Origin: an uncultured Candidatus Saccharibacteria bacterium | GTDB lineage: Bacteria; Patescibacteriota; Saccharimonadia; Saccharimonadales; UBA10212 | NCBI GenBank assembly: GCA_964567555.1 | Contig: CAZMNA010000001.1 | Location: 24,911 to 88,910 of the forward strand | Length of the DNA stretch: 64,000 bases | Direction: 5' to 3' | Shown: positions 1 to 8,252 of the stretch, in pieces | How positions within the stretch are numbered: position 1 is the first letter of the stretch | Layout: each line of letters opens with the position of its first letter | Notes under the pieces: model-generated | Database searches by the model: none | The model's input: only the letters and a program-made list of their open reading frames with translations | What the model was told of the DNA's origin: nothing | Program-made: the position numbers and the translations under genes

Positions 1-54
1 GACCGCTGGTTGTTCTGTAAACTAAAAGCCCATAGCTAAATTTCTTCATATTTG

Positions 55-131
55 TGGTGGGCAATACAGGACTCGAACCTGTGACTTCAGCAATGTGAAT
101 GCTGCGCTCTAGCCAACTGAGCTAATTGCCC
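55..131 (-). tRNA. tRNA-Val (anticodon CAC)
   Basis: Reverse complement GGGCAATTAGCTCAGTTGGCTAGAGCGCAGCATTCACATTGCTGAAGTCACAGGTTCGAGTCCTGTATTGCCCACCA has a 7-bp acceptor stem, D arm, anticodon loop TTCACAT, T arm GGTTCGAGTCC and an encoded CCA. Confidence 0.9.
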
Positions 132-143
132 CTCTCTTGCTAA

Positions 144-1445
144 TTATACTTCGCTATTAACTAGCGAAGAGACATCTTTCTCAAAAAACACGTTCATGCA
201 TAGAAGCAAGCAAGTTCGTAGAAATTGCAGTTTTTCCTGATAGTCTCTATTTTGCCAGCCAACCGAAAGATCGTACTTGCCATCTAAATTTTCTTTGTGT
301 TGTTTATAAACTTCAGACACTCCACTAGTCGCCTCGACAAATATTCTTACACTGGGGATAGGTTTAGTTTTGCTACCCGCTATGGTCTTTTTAATGCCCC
401 GCTTGAGATCACTCATAAACGGCTGCTCTATCAACCATGCTGCATAACGAAAGCTCAATGCTCGTTCGCGATTGGCGTTAAGAGTCCTACGCTCTATTTC
501 CGCCTCGTTGAAACCCAACTCATCAGTAAAATACCTAACACTATCTCGCTGTTGCCTGGATCTAAGTTCGGTGCCGGAAATATGCTTGCCAGTATCAACC
601 ATATCCTCTAGTGAGACCGAGGGGTAATAATCTGCGGATTCTGCACCCTTAAGACGTCTTTTTTCATCTACGAGGTGTAAAAATAGGTCAATTAACGCAA
701 CTCGATCGAGACTTCTATCAGCCCATAGTTTCTCAAGTAAACGCAAATCACCTTCATTGTGGGCGCCCAACATTTTTAAAGTCTGTTCCGCGTTTCGTAT
801 ATCCGCTTCTTTATGGCTCCTTACTTCACCGGCCGTCCGAGAGGAGCCTCTTACCTCGAGAAAAACTTCTTCAAGAACATCTTCCACGCTCTCGTCTAGT
901 GGGTCGTGTGCACCCGGTGCTAGTTTTATTTCATTCATAAGAGCAATAAAGCCAGTATTGAGGATGCTTGCTCCCCCGAGGGACGAATCATTTTCATAAT
1001 CTTTACGTAAATCTGCAGTAAGCTCATAACTAGATTCTGATCTTTCTAGCCTGATTCCAAATTTCTTGTCGGAAGGCCGCGTTTCTAGCAATGGATTTCT
1101 TTTCTTAGCATCACGATCAATGGCGTCGCCTAAATCGCTGCTCATCATAAAATCAAATCGGCCGCCCGAGTATTCGGCGGCATCGCCTTCTTCAAGCCGT
1201 TCGGTTAGAGCACGGGCTAGCAAAACAGCCGGGGGTAAAGTAAGAAACCGTAACTTTATCGTTGATCCAGAAACTGTAGACTCTAAGGTTGTCTCTTCCT
1301 GCAATAGATATTCGGCATTCTCAAAAAACCGATCGTTCGGTTCTATAGACGAGTGCGGGCGATTAGTTGTCTCTGCCATAGGTATATTATGACAACTTTT
1401 GTATATTTTTGCAATGGTATAGGTACTCCATGCAATGTTTGACAA
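144..1445 (-). CDS. hypothetical protein (orphan, no motif recognised)
   Basis: Long uninterrupted ORF between tRNA-Val and tmRNA. An alternative start at Met23 (nt 1379) is plausible. I recognise no catalytic or domain motifs. Confidence 0.5.
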   Translation of the reverse strand: MSNIAWSTYTIAKIYKSCHNIPMAETTNRPHSSIEPNDRFFENAEYLLQEETTLESTVSGSTIKLRFLTLPPAVLLARALTERLEEGDAAEYSGGRFDFMMSSDLGDAIDRDAKKRNPLLETRPSDKKFGIRLERSESSYELTADLRKDYENDSSLGGASILNTGFIALMNEIKLAPGAHDPLDESVEDVLEEVFLEVRGSSRTAGEVRSHKEADIRNAEQTLKMLGAHNEGDLRLLEKLWADRSLDRVALIDLFLHLVDEKRRLKGAESADYYPSVSLEDMVDTGKHISGTELRSRQQRDSVRYFTDELGFNEAEIERRTLNANRERALSFRYAAWLIEQPFMSDLKRGIKKTIAGSKTKPIPSVRIFVEATSGVSEVYKQHKENLDGKYDLSVGWQNRDYQEKLQFLRTCLLLCMNVFFEKDVSSLVNSEV

Positions 1446-1541
1446 AGTACTCTTATCCTTGCTTGATATTTTTTGGTGAGAGTGGTAGAATGTAACTGTT
1501 AAGCCATCTGCCCAAAGTTCATTGATAAAAGTGGGTTTTGG

Positions 1542-1950
1542 GGGGCTGATTTAGCTCGACGTTTGGACCTTAACAGTTTAGTGTGGCAGGCCGGATTGAT
1601 CTGCACGTTAGTCGGATCAAACCAACAAATGCAAATCGCATTTCAAATGCAGTAGCTAATGCGAAGGAGGCTATAATGGCTTTCCTGAGCACTCCAGCTC
1701 CTGTATCAGTTCTAGCTTAATTGCAAGAACCGCACTGCGGATGACATCAGATAGTCCAAAAGTGCGCCATATTTTCTGGATGCTCTATAATCAGTGGCCC
1801 GCTGATTGTAGCTAAGACTGCCGGGCTCCAAGCCGGATGGCTTTTGGCCATTTCAATCATCCGGTTTTAGACAAAATTAAATGGTCTAAGCCTGTAGTCA
1901 CCTGGATTGTTACCAAGCGGACGTGGGTGCGATACCCACCAGCTCCACCA
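1542..1950 (+). ncRNA. ssrA: tmRNA (SsrA)
   Basis: 5' end GGGGCTGATTTAGCTCGACG and 3' end GGACGTGGGTGCGATACCCACCAGCTCCACCA form a tRNA-Ala-like acceptor with a G3:U pair. An internal tag frame ends ...CCT GTA TCA GTT CTA GCT TAA (..PVSVLA*, stop 1718-1720). Confidence 0.85.
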
Positions 1951-2120
1951 AATGAACATCAGAAGCTAATTCTGGTGTTTTTTTGTGCCAGTAAACAAAA
2001 CTTACGCTTAGATGGTACAATCATAAGTAATTTAGTCCGTCAGAATATTCTACACTTAGTATCCTCACAATCTGCGTAGCTTAAACTGCCAACACTAAAG
2101 CTAACGATTGGAGGAAAGAT

Positions 2121-2966
2121 ATGAAGTTTATTAGAACAGCTATAGCGGTCTTATTTTTAACTATAATTACAAGCCCGGCAGCTTTGGCGGCGACTTCACC
2201 GACACTAGTCGGGTCGGCCAGCTATTCGGCATTGGGTGGTGCTGGCGTAACTTGCACCGGTTCTACTACTACGACCGGTGCTGTGGGTGTTAGCCCAGGC
2301 ACCTCAATCACCGGCTTCCCTAGTCCATGTAGCGCTGGTGGCGGGACACATTCTAATGACGCGAGCGCGATAGCCGCCCAAGCCGATGCTCTGACTACGT
2401 TTGGCACCCTTGACCAAACTTGCGACCACTCTTACGGGGCTCAAGACTTAACCTTGCTCTCGCCTCTTGGGCCAGGGGTTTACTGTTCTACTAGTAGCTT
2501 CAGCTTGAGCGGTAACCTGACCTTAATCGGCTCTGGTGTCTGGATTTTTAAGACCGTATCGACCTTGATTACGTCATCCGGTTCATCAGTTACTGGTGGC
2601 GACCCCTGCAATGTGTGGTGGAGAATTGGCAGCTCTACTACTCTCGGTACGACTACTGCGTTCATCGGAAATGTGTTTTCGCAAAATGGTGTTAACGCCA
2701 TGAGTACAGGCGCAACCTTGAATGGTCGGTTTCTGGCCTTATCTGCCGGGACGGTAACATTAGATTCCAACACTATCAGCGGGCCAACCTGCACTACAAG
2801 CTCCTCAGGCGGAACTAGCGGTAGCTCGCCCGGTAGCTCGCCAAAGCTGCCAAATACGGGTTTCGGCCCTAGTCATCATGGTAACAGCTCCCCTTGGGGC
2901 ACCATTATTCTAGCTGCGACCGTTGTAGGCGGAGCTTACTTGATCCGCAAGAAACGGGCAATCTAG
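2121..2966 (+). CDS. ice-binding-like (DUF3494) surface protein with LPXTG anchor
   Basis: Signal peptide, then GAGVTCTGSTTTTGAVGVSPGTSITGFP...HSNDASAIAAQADALTTF, typical of the DUF3494 family. C-terminal LPNTG plus a hydrophobic stretch plus RKKRAI. Confidence 0.75.
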   Translation: MKFIRTAIAVLFLTIITSPAALAATSPTLVGSASYSALGGAGVTCTGSTTTTGAVGVSPGTSITGFPSPCSAGGGTHSNDASAIAAQADALTTFGTLDQTCDHSYGAQDLTLLSPLGPGVYCSTSSFSLSGNLTLIGSGVWIFKTVSTLITSSGSSVTGGDPCNVWWRIGSSTTLGTTTAFIGNVFSQNGVNAMSTGATLNGRFLALSAGTVTLDSNTISGPTCTTSSSGGTSGSSPGSSPKLPNTGFGPSHHGNSSPWGTIILAATVVGGAYLIRKKRAI

Positions 2967-3006
2967 CCCAACCAACTCTCGGCCAGCAAACAAACACACT
3001 TTTCAT

Positions 3007-3678
3007 ATGAGCATATATGTAGCCGCATCAAGGCGAGCAACCAAACACACTTTTCCGATGAGTAAATATGTAGCTGTATCAAAACGAGGGTTAATATTAC
3101 TAGGCTTCACAGCGGCGGCTCTGTGCCTGACATTTGCTCTGTACTTTATATTAATGAGCCCAAGCCAAAGGCCAAACTGGACGCCCCCGGCAAAAAATAC
3201 TGTTGCTTTCTATAAACCACAGGTAAAGACTTATGCGCTGCCAGCACGTCTTAAGATTCCGAAGATTAGCGTTGACGCCGCCGTTGACCACTTAGGCCTT
3301 GCGCATCAGGGCTCGCTCGATGCACCCGCCGACCCAACTAGTGTGGGATGGTTTGAACTCGGACCCCGTCCAGGGGAGCCGGGAAACGCGGTCATTGATG
3401 GACACTTCAGTTGGGTGCATAACATACCTGCAGTGTTTGACAATTTATCTAAATTACAAAGGGGGGACAGTCTGTATGTGGAAGATGAAAAAGGTGTGTC
3501 AATTACATTTGTCGTACAGCGCTTACGACTATATGGCCAAAATGAGAATGACTTTGCCGTGTTTAACTCAAGTGACGGAAAGGCGCACCTTAACCTTATA
3601 ACTTGCGGAGGGGTTTGGAACTATAGCCAACATAGTTATTCGAAGAGGCTCGTGGTATTTGCAGATAAATCTACTTAG
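3007..3678 (+). CDS. sortase family transpeptidase
   Basis: TM anchor, catalytic His context VIDGHFS, Cys motif LNLITCGG, and a position directly downstream of an LPXTG substrate. The true start may be Met18 (nt 3058). Confidence 0.8.
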   Translation: MSIYVAASRRATKHTFPMSKYVAVSKRGLILLGFTAAALCLTFALYFILMSPSQRPNWTPPAKNTVAFYKPQVKTYALPARLKIPKISVDAAVDHLGLAHQGSLDAPADPTSVGWFELGPRPGEPGNAVIDGHFSWVHNIPAVFDNLSKLQRGDSLYVEDEKGVSITFVVQRLRLYGQNENDFAVFNSSDGKAHLNLITCGGVWNYSQHSYSKRLVVFADKST

Positions 3679-3814
3679 TGTTCCACTCTCAAGGCACATA
3701 GTCACTCTTATCTCACATCCACGGAACAGCTAAAATCCTCTGCCACCGCCCCAGTTCTTCGTAGATTTGGTGCCAATTTTTTTGGAGAAGCTCCACCAAA
3801 GTTCTTATGCTTAA

Positions 3815-3848
3815 AATAACCTCTGTTATTGGAGGTTATTTTGTTATT
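3815..3848 (+). terminator. candidate intrinsic terminator after the sortase operon
   Basis: AATAACCTC-tgttattg-GAGGTTATT hairpin followed by TTGTTATT. Confidence 0.4.
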
Positions 3849-3856
3849 ATCAGGGG

Positions 3857-5251
3857 GTGAATAAGTTGGCGGCCCACAGTCGGGAAGTAGAGGGTGTGCA
3901 AAAACAAGTTTCCGGATTTTTTGCGCACAAAAAACAAGCCAGGATTTTCCACGGAGGGACTAACTCAACTCGTTCCCGTGAGGTAGACCTCTCAAAATCT
4001 ATAGATATCCGTCGTCTGAGCAATATCATAGAAATCAACACTGATAAACGATATGTTCTTGTTGAACCAAATGTCAGCTTAGAACGACTAGTTGATGCCA
4101 CGCTAGCGCTTGGTTTCATACCGCCGGTTATAAGCGAGTTTCCGGCCATTACAGTTGGTGGTGCAATCCAGGGTGGCGCCGGTGAAAGTAGTTCGTTCAA
4201 ATATGGATGCTTACATGAACCCTCTTTGGAATTTGAGGTTGTTCTAGGCAATGGCTCTAGGGTCACAGTAAGTCCCGGTAAAATGTCTGACTTATTCCGG
4301 GGTATTTCCTGTTCTTGCGGCAGTCTAGGCATAATAACCTTAGTTAAACTACGACTAATCCCGACCACTCCCAACATAAAACTCGCATATCATGAGGTTG
4401 GTAGCTCCAAAGAGGCCGTTGAACTTATAGGCAGTTACACCAGCCTGGCTAAGGGGCCCGATTTCATTGATGGCATTATGTTTTCAAGAACTGCAGGTGT
4501 GATAATGCTGGGCTATTTCAGTAACGAGACCAATTTGCCAAAAGCCAGTTTCCATAAGTTCAGCGATGAGTGGTTTTACCTGCACGCCCAAAAAGTAAGC
4601 GGCAGAAAGCCGGTATATGAGGAGCTGATACCGACAAAGGACTACTTATTCCGTTATGACCGTGGAGCATTTTGGACGGGGCGTGAGGGGCTCGGCATAC
4701 TCCATATGCCTTTTAATCGTCTTACCCGTCTGCTACTTGCACCGCTGTATAGAACCAGCACTATGTACCGCTTTTTGCACGGAGCACGCTTGGGTCAGCA
4801 GTTTCTAGTCCAAGACATGTGTCTTCCTAGAAAGGGTGTCGTGCCATTCATAAAGTTTGTTGATAAAAACCACAATATTTATCCGCTTTGGCTCTGCCCG
4901 CTAAGACCATCAGAAACGGACATATTGTCTCCAACCTACCTAAATACCGACTTAGTCATCAATGTTGGTGTTTGGGGAAAGATGCAGGTAGACTACGACA
5001 GCTTTGTGCGGCGCAATCGCGAATTGGAAAACGAAGTCCATAAACTGGGCGGCCGGAAAGTTCTATATGCACACGCCTACTACAAGGAGTCGGATTTCTG
5101 GAAAATATACGATGAGAAACAGTACCGACAGTTACGGCAAAAATATGCTGCCGAAGTAGTATTTCCTGATATTTACACTAAAACTTATGTCTCGGATAAA
5201 TATAAGCCGTTAATTGCTCGCGGCTGGTGGAAGTTGCTTACTAAATCTTAA
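3857..5251 (+). CDS. FAD-linked oxidoreductase of the DHCR24/DWF1 (delta24-sterol reductase-like) family
   Basis: By-eye collinear similarity to human DHCR24: VLVEPNVSLERLV.., ITVGGAIQGGAGESSSFKYG, LVQDMCLPRK, NIYPLWLCPL, LYAHAYYKESDFWKIYDEKQYRQLRQKY. GTG start. No N-terminal TM. Confidence 0.75.
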   Translation: MNKLAAHSREVEGVQKQVSGFFAHKKQARIFHGGTNSTRSREVDLSKSIDIRRLSNIIEINTDKRYVLVEPNVSLERLVDATLALGFIPPVISEFPAITVGGAIQGGAGESSSFKYGCLHEPSLEFEVVLGNGSRVTVSPGKMSDLFRGISCSCGSLGIITLVKLRLIPTTPNIKLAYHEVGSSKEAVELIGSYTSLAKGPDFIDGIMFSRTAGVIMLGYFSNETNLPKASFHKFSDEWFYLHAQKVSGRKPVYEELIPTKDYLFRYDRGAFWTGREGLGILHMPFNRLTRLLLAPLYRTSTMYRFLHGARLGQQFLVQDMCLPRKGVVPFIKFVDKNHNIYPLWLCPLRPSETDILSPTYLNTDLVINVGVWGKMQVDYDSFVRRNRELENEVHKLGGRKVLYAHAYYKESDFWKIYDEKQYRQLRQKYAAEVVFPDIYTKTYVSDKYKPLIARGWWKLLTKS

Positions 5252-5281
5252 GCTAGTATGGCTGATGCTTTTTGATAGTGG

Positions 5282-5410
5282 CTAGCAGACGCCACCTTCG
5301 CAACACTTGGTTTTATAACCGCACTCTGGACAGACATAGTGAGCATGTTCCGGTTTGATCGGATAATGGCCGCAGGCGTCGCAAGCCAAGGCTTCGTCAG
5401 CTTTTTTCAT
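5282..5410 (-). CDS. 42-aa Cys-rich zinc-ribbon-like small protein (below ORF-track cutoff)
   Basis: Translates to MKKADEALACDACGHYPIKPEHAHYVCPECGYKTKCCEGGVC. It has CxxC...CxxC plus a CC..C tail. Its ATG overlaps the MarR stop (ATGA at 5407-5410). Confidence 0.5.
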   Translation of the reverse strand: MKKADEALACDACGHYPIKPEHAHYVCPECGYKTKCCEGGVC

Positions 5411-5793
5411 AAGTAATTCTTTATTTCTTTTTCAAAAATATTTTCCATTGAGGCAAGAGTGGCTTCCGCTTTTTCATACTTGCTTTGACCCTGAGCAGTA
5501 AGTGTAACGTCGCGCTGGCGGCCGTCTTTTTTATTTTTGACTATGTTCACTAGGCCGGCTTTTCTCATGACTTTTAGCTGTCGGCTAACGTTGGCCTCTG
5601 TTTGGCGCAAGGTTACAGCTATAGCTCTTTGGCTGGTTGGGGAGGAGCCCAGGGCGCTCATTATCCTGGCTTGGCTAAGGCCAACCCCTGCCTCCGAGTT
5701 AAGGCGGTCATCGGCTAGTTGTTGTAAATGATACGTCAAGTGGAGCAGGGGAGGAAAACTGGTTTTAGACAGACGTGGTAAATCATTTTTCAT
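5407..5793 (-). CDS. MarR family transcriptional regulator
   Basis: Winged-HTH pattern ..SQRAIAVTLRQTEANVSRQLKVMRKAGLVNIVKNKKDGRQRDVTLT.. of typical MarR size. Confidence 0.8.
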   Translation of the reverse strand: MKNDLPRLSKTSFPPLLHLTYHLQQLADDRLNSEAGVGLSQARIMSALGSSPTSQRAIAVTLRQTEANVSRQLKVMRKAGLVNIVKNKKDGRQRDVTLTAQGQSKYEKAEATLASMENIFEKEIKNYL

Positions 5794-5856
5794 AATGGTT
5801 TAAGCATAAGCGCACAATACTTGACGTGTCAAGTATTTGGGGCAGGGGAGCAGTGG

Positions 5857-6627
5857 CTAAAAATTTTTGTAAAGGCTGTACCAATCTTTGAGGGACAGCT
5901 CCTGGGCACGTACATCCGGGCTCACGCCGGCTTTTTTAAATAGCGCATCGGCCTCTGCTCTGCTTAGGCGCAAGCCACCTGCTAGTGAGCTCTTTAGTTT
6001 CTTACGTTTTTCACCAAAGCCAGCTTTGACGATGCGGAAGAATTTATCATTGTCCAGACTTTTGAATAAAGGCTTTTGGTGATGGCGCAGCACCACAACC
6101 TGGGAATCAACCTTGGGCCTAGGCTCAAACTTATCGGCAGGAACGTGGACGGATAGCTCGCAAGTGTAATAAAGCTGGACACTTACGGCCAAAACACTCA
6201 TCTGCCCCGGCACAGCACACAGCCTTTCGGCCACCTCCTGTTGGACCAGTAAGACCATCATGGCAGGCGGGTTAAGTGATTCGCTGAGGGTCCTGAGCAG
6301 ATTACTGGTCAAGTAATATGGGATGTTGGCCACGACCTTGTAGCCAGACGGCAAGCTGTTTAAATCAAACTGCAAAATGTCGGCGGTAATCACGGACAGG
6401 GCCGACCCCCCGAAGGATTTGGCCAACTTTTTGGCTAATTCTTCGTCTTTTTCTACGGCCACAACGTGGCGGGCCTGACGCACCAGATAGTGCGTTAGAT
6501 TGCCTAGACCCGGACCGACTTCCAGAACCGTGTCGGAAGGTTTAATCTCCGCGGCTTCGGCAATTGCCTCCAGCGCTTCAATATCTTTTAGCCAATGCTG
6601 GCCAAGTGATTTTTTAGGCTCACTCAT
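5857..6627 (-). CDS. rsmA: 16S rRNA (adenine1518/1519-N6)-dimethyltransferase
   Basis: LGQHWLKD N-terminus, SAM motif LEVGPGLGNLT, NIPYY motif. Confidence 0.9.
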   Translation of the reverse strand: MSEPKKSLGQHWLKDIEALEAIAEAAEIKPSDTVLEVGPGLGNLTHYLVRQARHVVAVEKDEELAKKLAKSFGGSALSVITADILQFDLNSLPSGYKVVANIPYYLTSNLLRTLSESLNPPAMMVLLVQQEVAERLCAVPGQMSVLAVSVQLYYTCELSVHVPADKFEPRPKVDSQVVVLRHHQKPLFKSLDNDKFFRIVKAGFGEKRKKLKSSLAGGLRLSRAEADALFKKAGVSPDVRAQELSLKDWYSLYKNF

Positions 6628-6663
6628 ACCTTTATTTTACTCTTGAAACTGGCAGGTGGATAA

Positions 6664-7884
6664 TTACCAGCTACCCAAAGCTACCCAGTGATAGTAAGCA
6701 CCCGCCCAGCCGCCATATTTATTGGCGTAGCCATTAGCCCAACGCAGTTGGCAGACCGCGTCGCCTAAACTACAGCCAGATTTACCGCACGGATATTCTT
6801 GAGCTAAACCGCAGGCACCACTATAGGCATTGACCGAGTATGGGTTCCAGTTGGATTCATGACTGATTATGAAGTCCACGTAGCCGTAACTGCCAGAAGA
6901 GATACCAGCTGTAGCCATAACCGAAGTCTTGTCACTTGCCACAAAAACGGTCGTACCCCGAGCGACAATCTGCGCCACCGGCTGAGTGATAACAGTCACC
7001 CGAATTTTGGTTTTAGAAACAACTTCGCCCTTTTTAGTAACTACTTTGTAGGTGACTTCTTCTTTACCGGGTGAGCCGTTTTGGCGGACAGCAGTCGCGC
7101 CGAGTGTTAGACTCGGATCATTAACATATTGGATTGGGGCAGCGATAGCTTGCTCTACATTGATCACTTGGGTACCGTTCCTAACCAAGGAAACGACCGT
7201 CGCAGCTGTAATCGGTGTGTTGATTGCTGGTTTTAGCGTGTCGTCCTTAGTTAGAGTGATGTGTTTTTCTTTTAGCAAGTCCGCCACCGTTTTGGCATGA
7301 GTGCGGATAGTTACCTCAGTGCCATAAAGGCTAAATTTAATAGGCGTAGCCGGGTCTATCACAACTTCTTCGCCCAAAATGTTTTTAGTGACGTCGCCGG
7401 GCGCAAAGTTAGTATAGTCTTCTGGATAAACCGTCTGGCCGGCGGCCTGAGCCACAACCCTTGCGCTGCGCTGGGCAGTGACGGTGACAATTTTTTGGCC
7501 GCTGGCTTGATCTATAACAGTTACCGGGCGCGCCCGGTAGATATTAATCCTAAAATTATCCTGGACAATGGGGGTACTTAAAGATGGTTCCACCACATCC
7601 TGCGGTATCAGCTGGAGCTGCGGTAGTTTTTTAATCAAAGCGCCGACGGTTTTAGCTTTGGTATCTAGCGTTTCGCGCTGACCGTTATCAGACACAAAAA
7701 CTACGTGGGATGAGCTGGGGCGCAAGCTGTCGCTTGGGCGCGAAAGCACGATAGCAAGGGTTAAAATGCCGCCCATTATCAACCCAAGCAACGGCACAAG
7801 GTACGGCCGCGCTTTGACATGCTCCAAGCCGGCTTCGTTAACCGCCTGGGTACGCTTCAAGAACTTTAAAAAGGTAAGCTTCAT
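6664..7884 (-). CDS. RpfB/YabE-like cell-wall protein (DUF348 repeats, G5 domain, C-terminal lytic-transglycosylase-like domain)
   Basis: N-terminal TM, repeated DUF348-like segments, and G5-like VTYKVVTKKGEVVSKTKIRVTVITQPVAQIVARGT. C-terminal ISHESNWNPYSVNAYSGACGLAQ is an ES..N....SGA.GL.Q pattern. Adjacent to rsmA, as rpfB/yabE is in other bacteria. Confidence 0.7.
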   Translation of the reverse strand: MKLTFLKFLKRTQAVNEAGLEHVKARPYLVPLLGLIMGGILTLAIVLSRPSDSLRPSSSHVVFVSDNGQRETLDTKAKTVGALIKKLPQLQLIPQDVVEPSLSTPIVQDNFRINIYRARPVTVIDQASGQKIVTVTAQRSARVVAQAAGQTVYPEDYTNFAPGDVTKNILGEEVVIDPATPIKFSLYGTEVTIRTHAKTVADLLKEKHITLTKDDTLKPAINTPITAATVVSLVRNGTQVINVEQAIAAPIQYVNDPSLTLGATAVRQNGSPGKEEVTYKVVTKKGEVVSKTKIRVTVITQPVAQIVARGTTVFVASDKTSVMATAGISSGSYGYVDFIISHESNWNPYSVNAYSGACGLAQEYPCGKSGCSLGDAVCQLRWANGYANKYGGWAGAYYHWVALGSW

Positions 7885-8025
7885 CTATTTTATCTGTCTT
7901 GGGTTGGGGGGTATCAGGTACCCAGGAACAGGCAGGAACTATTATAACAAATGATTTTTTTACAACAAGCTAACAGTTATCACACCCTTGACTGAGGGCT
8001 TCAGGCTCGAGCAACTAGATAGAAG

Positions 8026-8222
8026 TGAGCGGGTCCGGGCATGCGAAGCGAGCCTGATTGGGGCTGATGCAAAACAGTCTGGGCTTGACTTCCTGAAGAT
8101 GTCTGACGAAGTAAATATGCCGGGAGCATATTTATGAGGAGTTCTTCAGGCAAAGACTGGTTTTACTATCAGCTCATCAAGCGAGCGTAGGGCCCGGCGG
8201 TTTGCCACACTTTGCCGCTCAA
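8026..8222. ncRNA. candidate structured RNA (rod-like fold; identity and strand unresolved)
   Basis: Nested pairings by hand: 8113-8120/8126-8133 (AAATATGC/GCATATTT), 8092-8099/8143-8150, 8061-8080/8154-8175, 8035-8040/8191-8196. These flank a purine-rich internal loop with AAGCGAGC on both arms. No ORF. Confidence 0.3.
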
Positions 8223-8252
8223 AGTGTGAAGATTTGGTTCTTTGGAAAAGAA

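Noticed and set aside
1837-2079. 80-aa ORF in the ORF track
   Set aside because: It lies mostly inside the tmRNA gene (1542-1950), including the tRNA-like 3' domain, so it is a non-coding artefact.
7960-8252. RNase P RNA, SRP RNA or a confident c-di-AMP (ydaO) riboswitch call
   Set aside because: I could not find the RNase P P4 core (GGAAAGTCCGG / ACAGAAxCCGGCTTA), the SRP GGAA-tetraloop domain IV motif, or the ydaO ACCCGAATCC/GGGGTGAATC cores. Only loose resemblances exist, so it is kept as an unassigned structured-RNA candidate.
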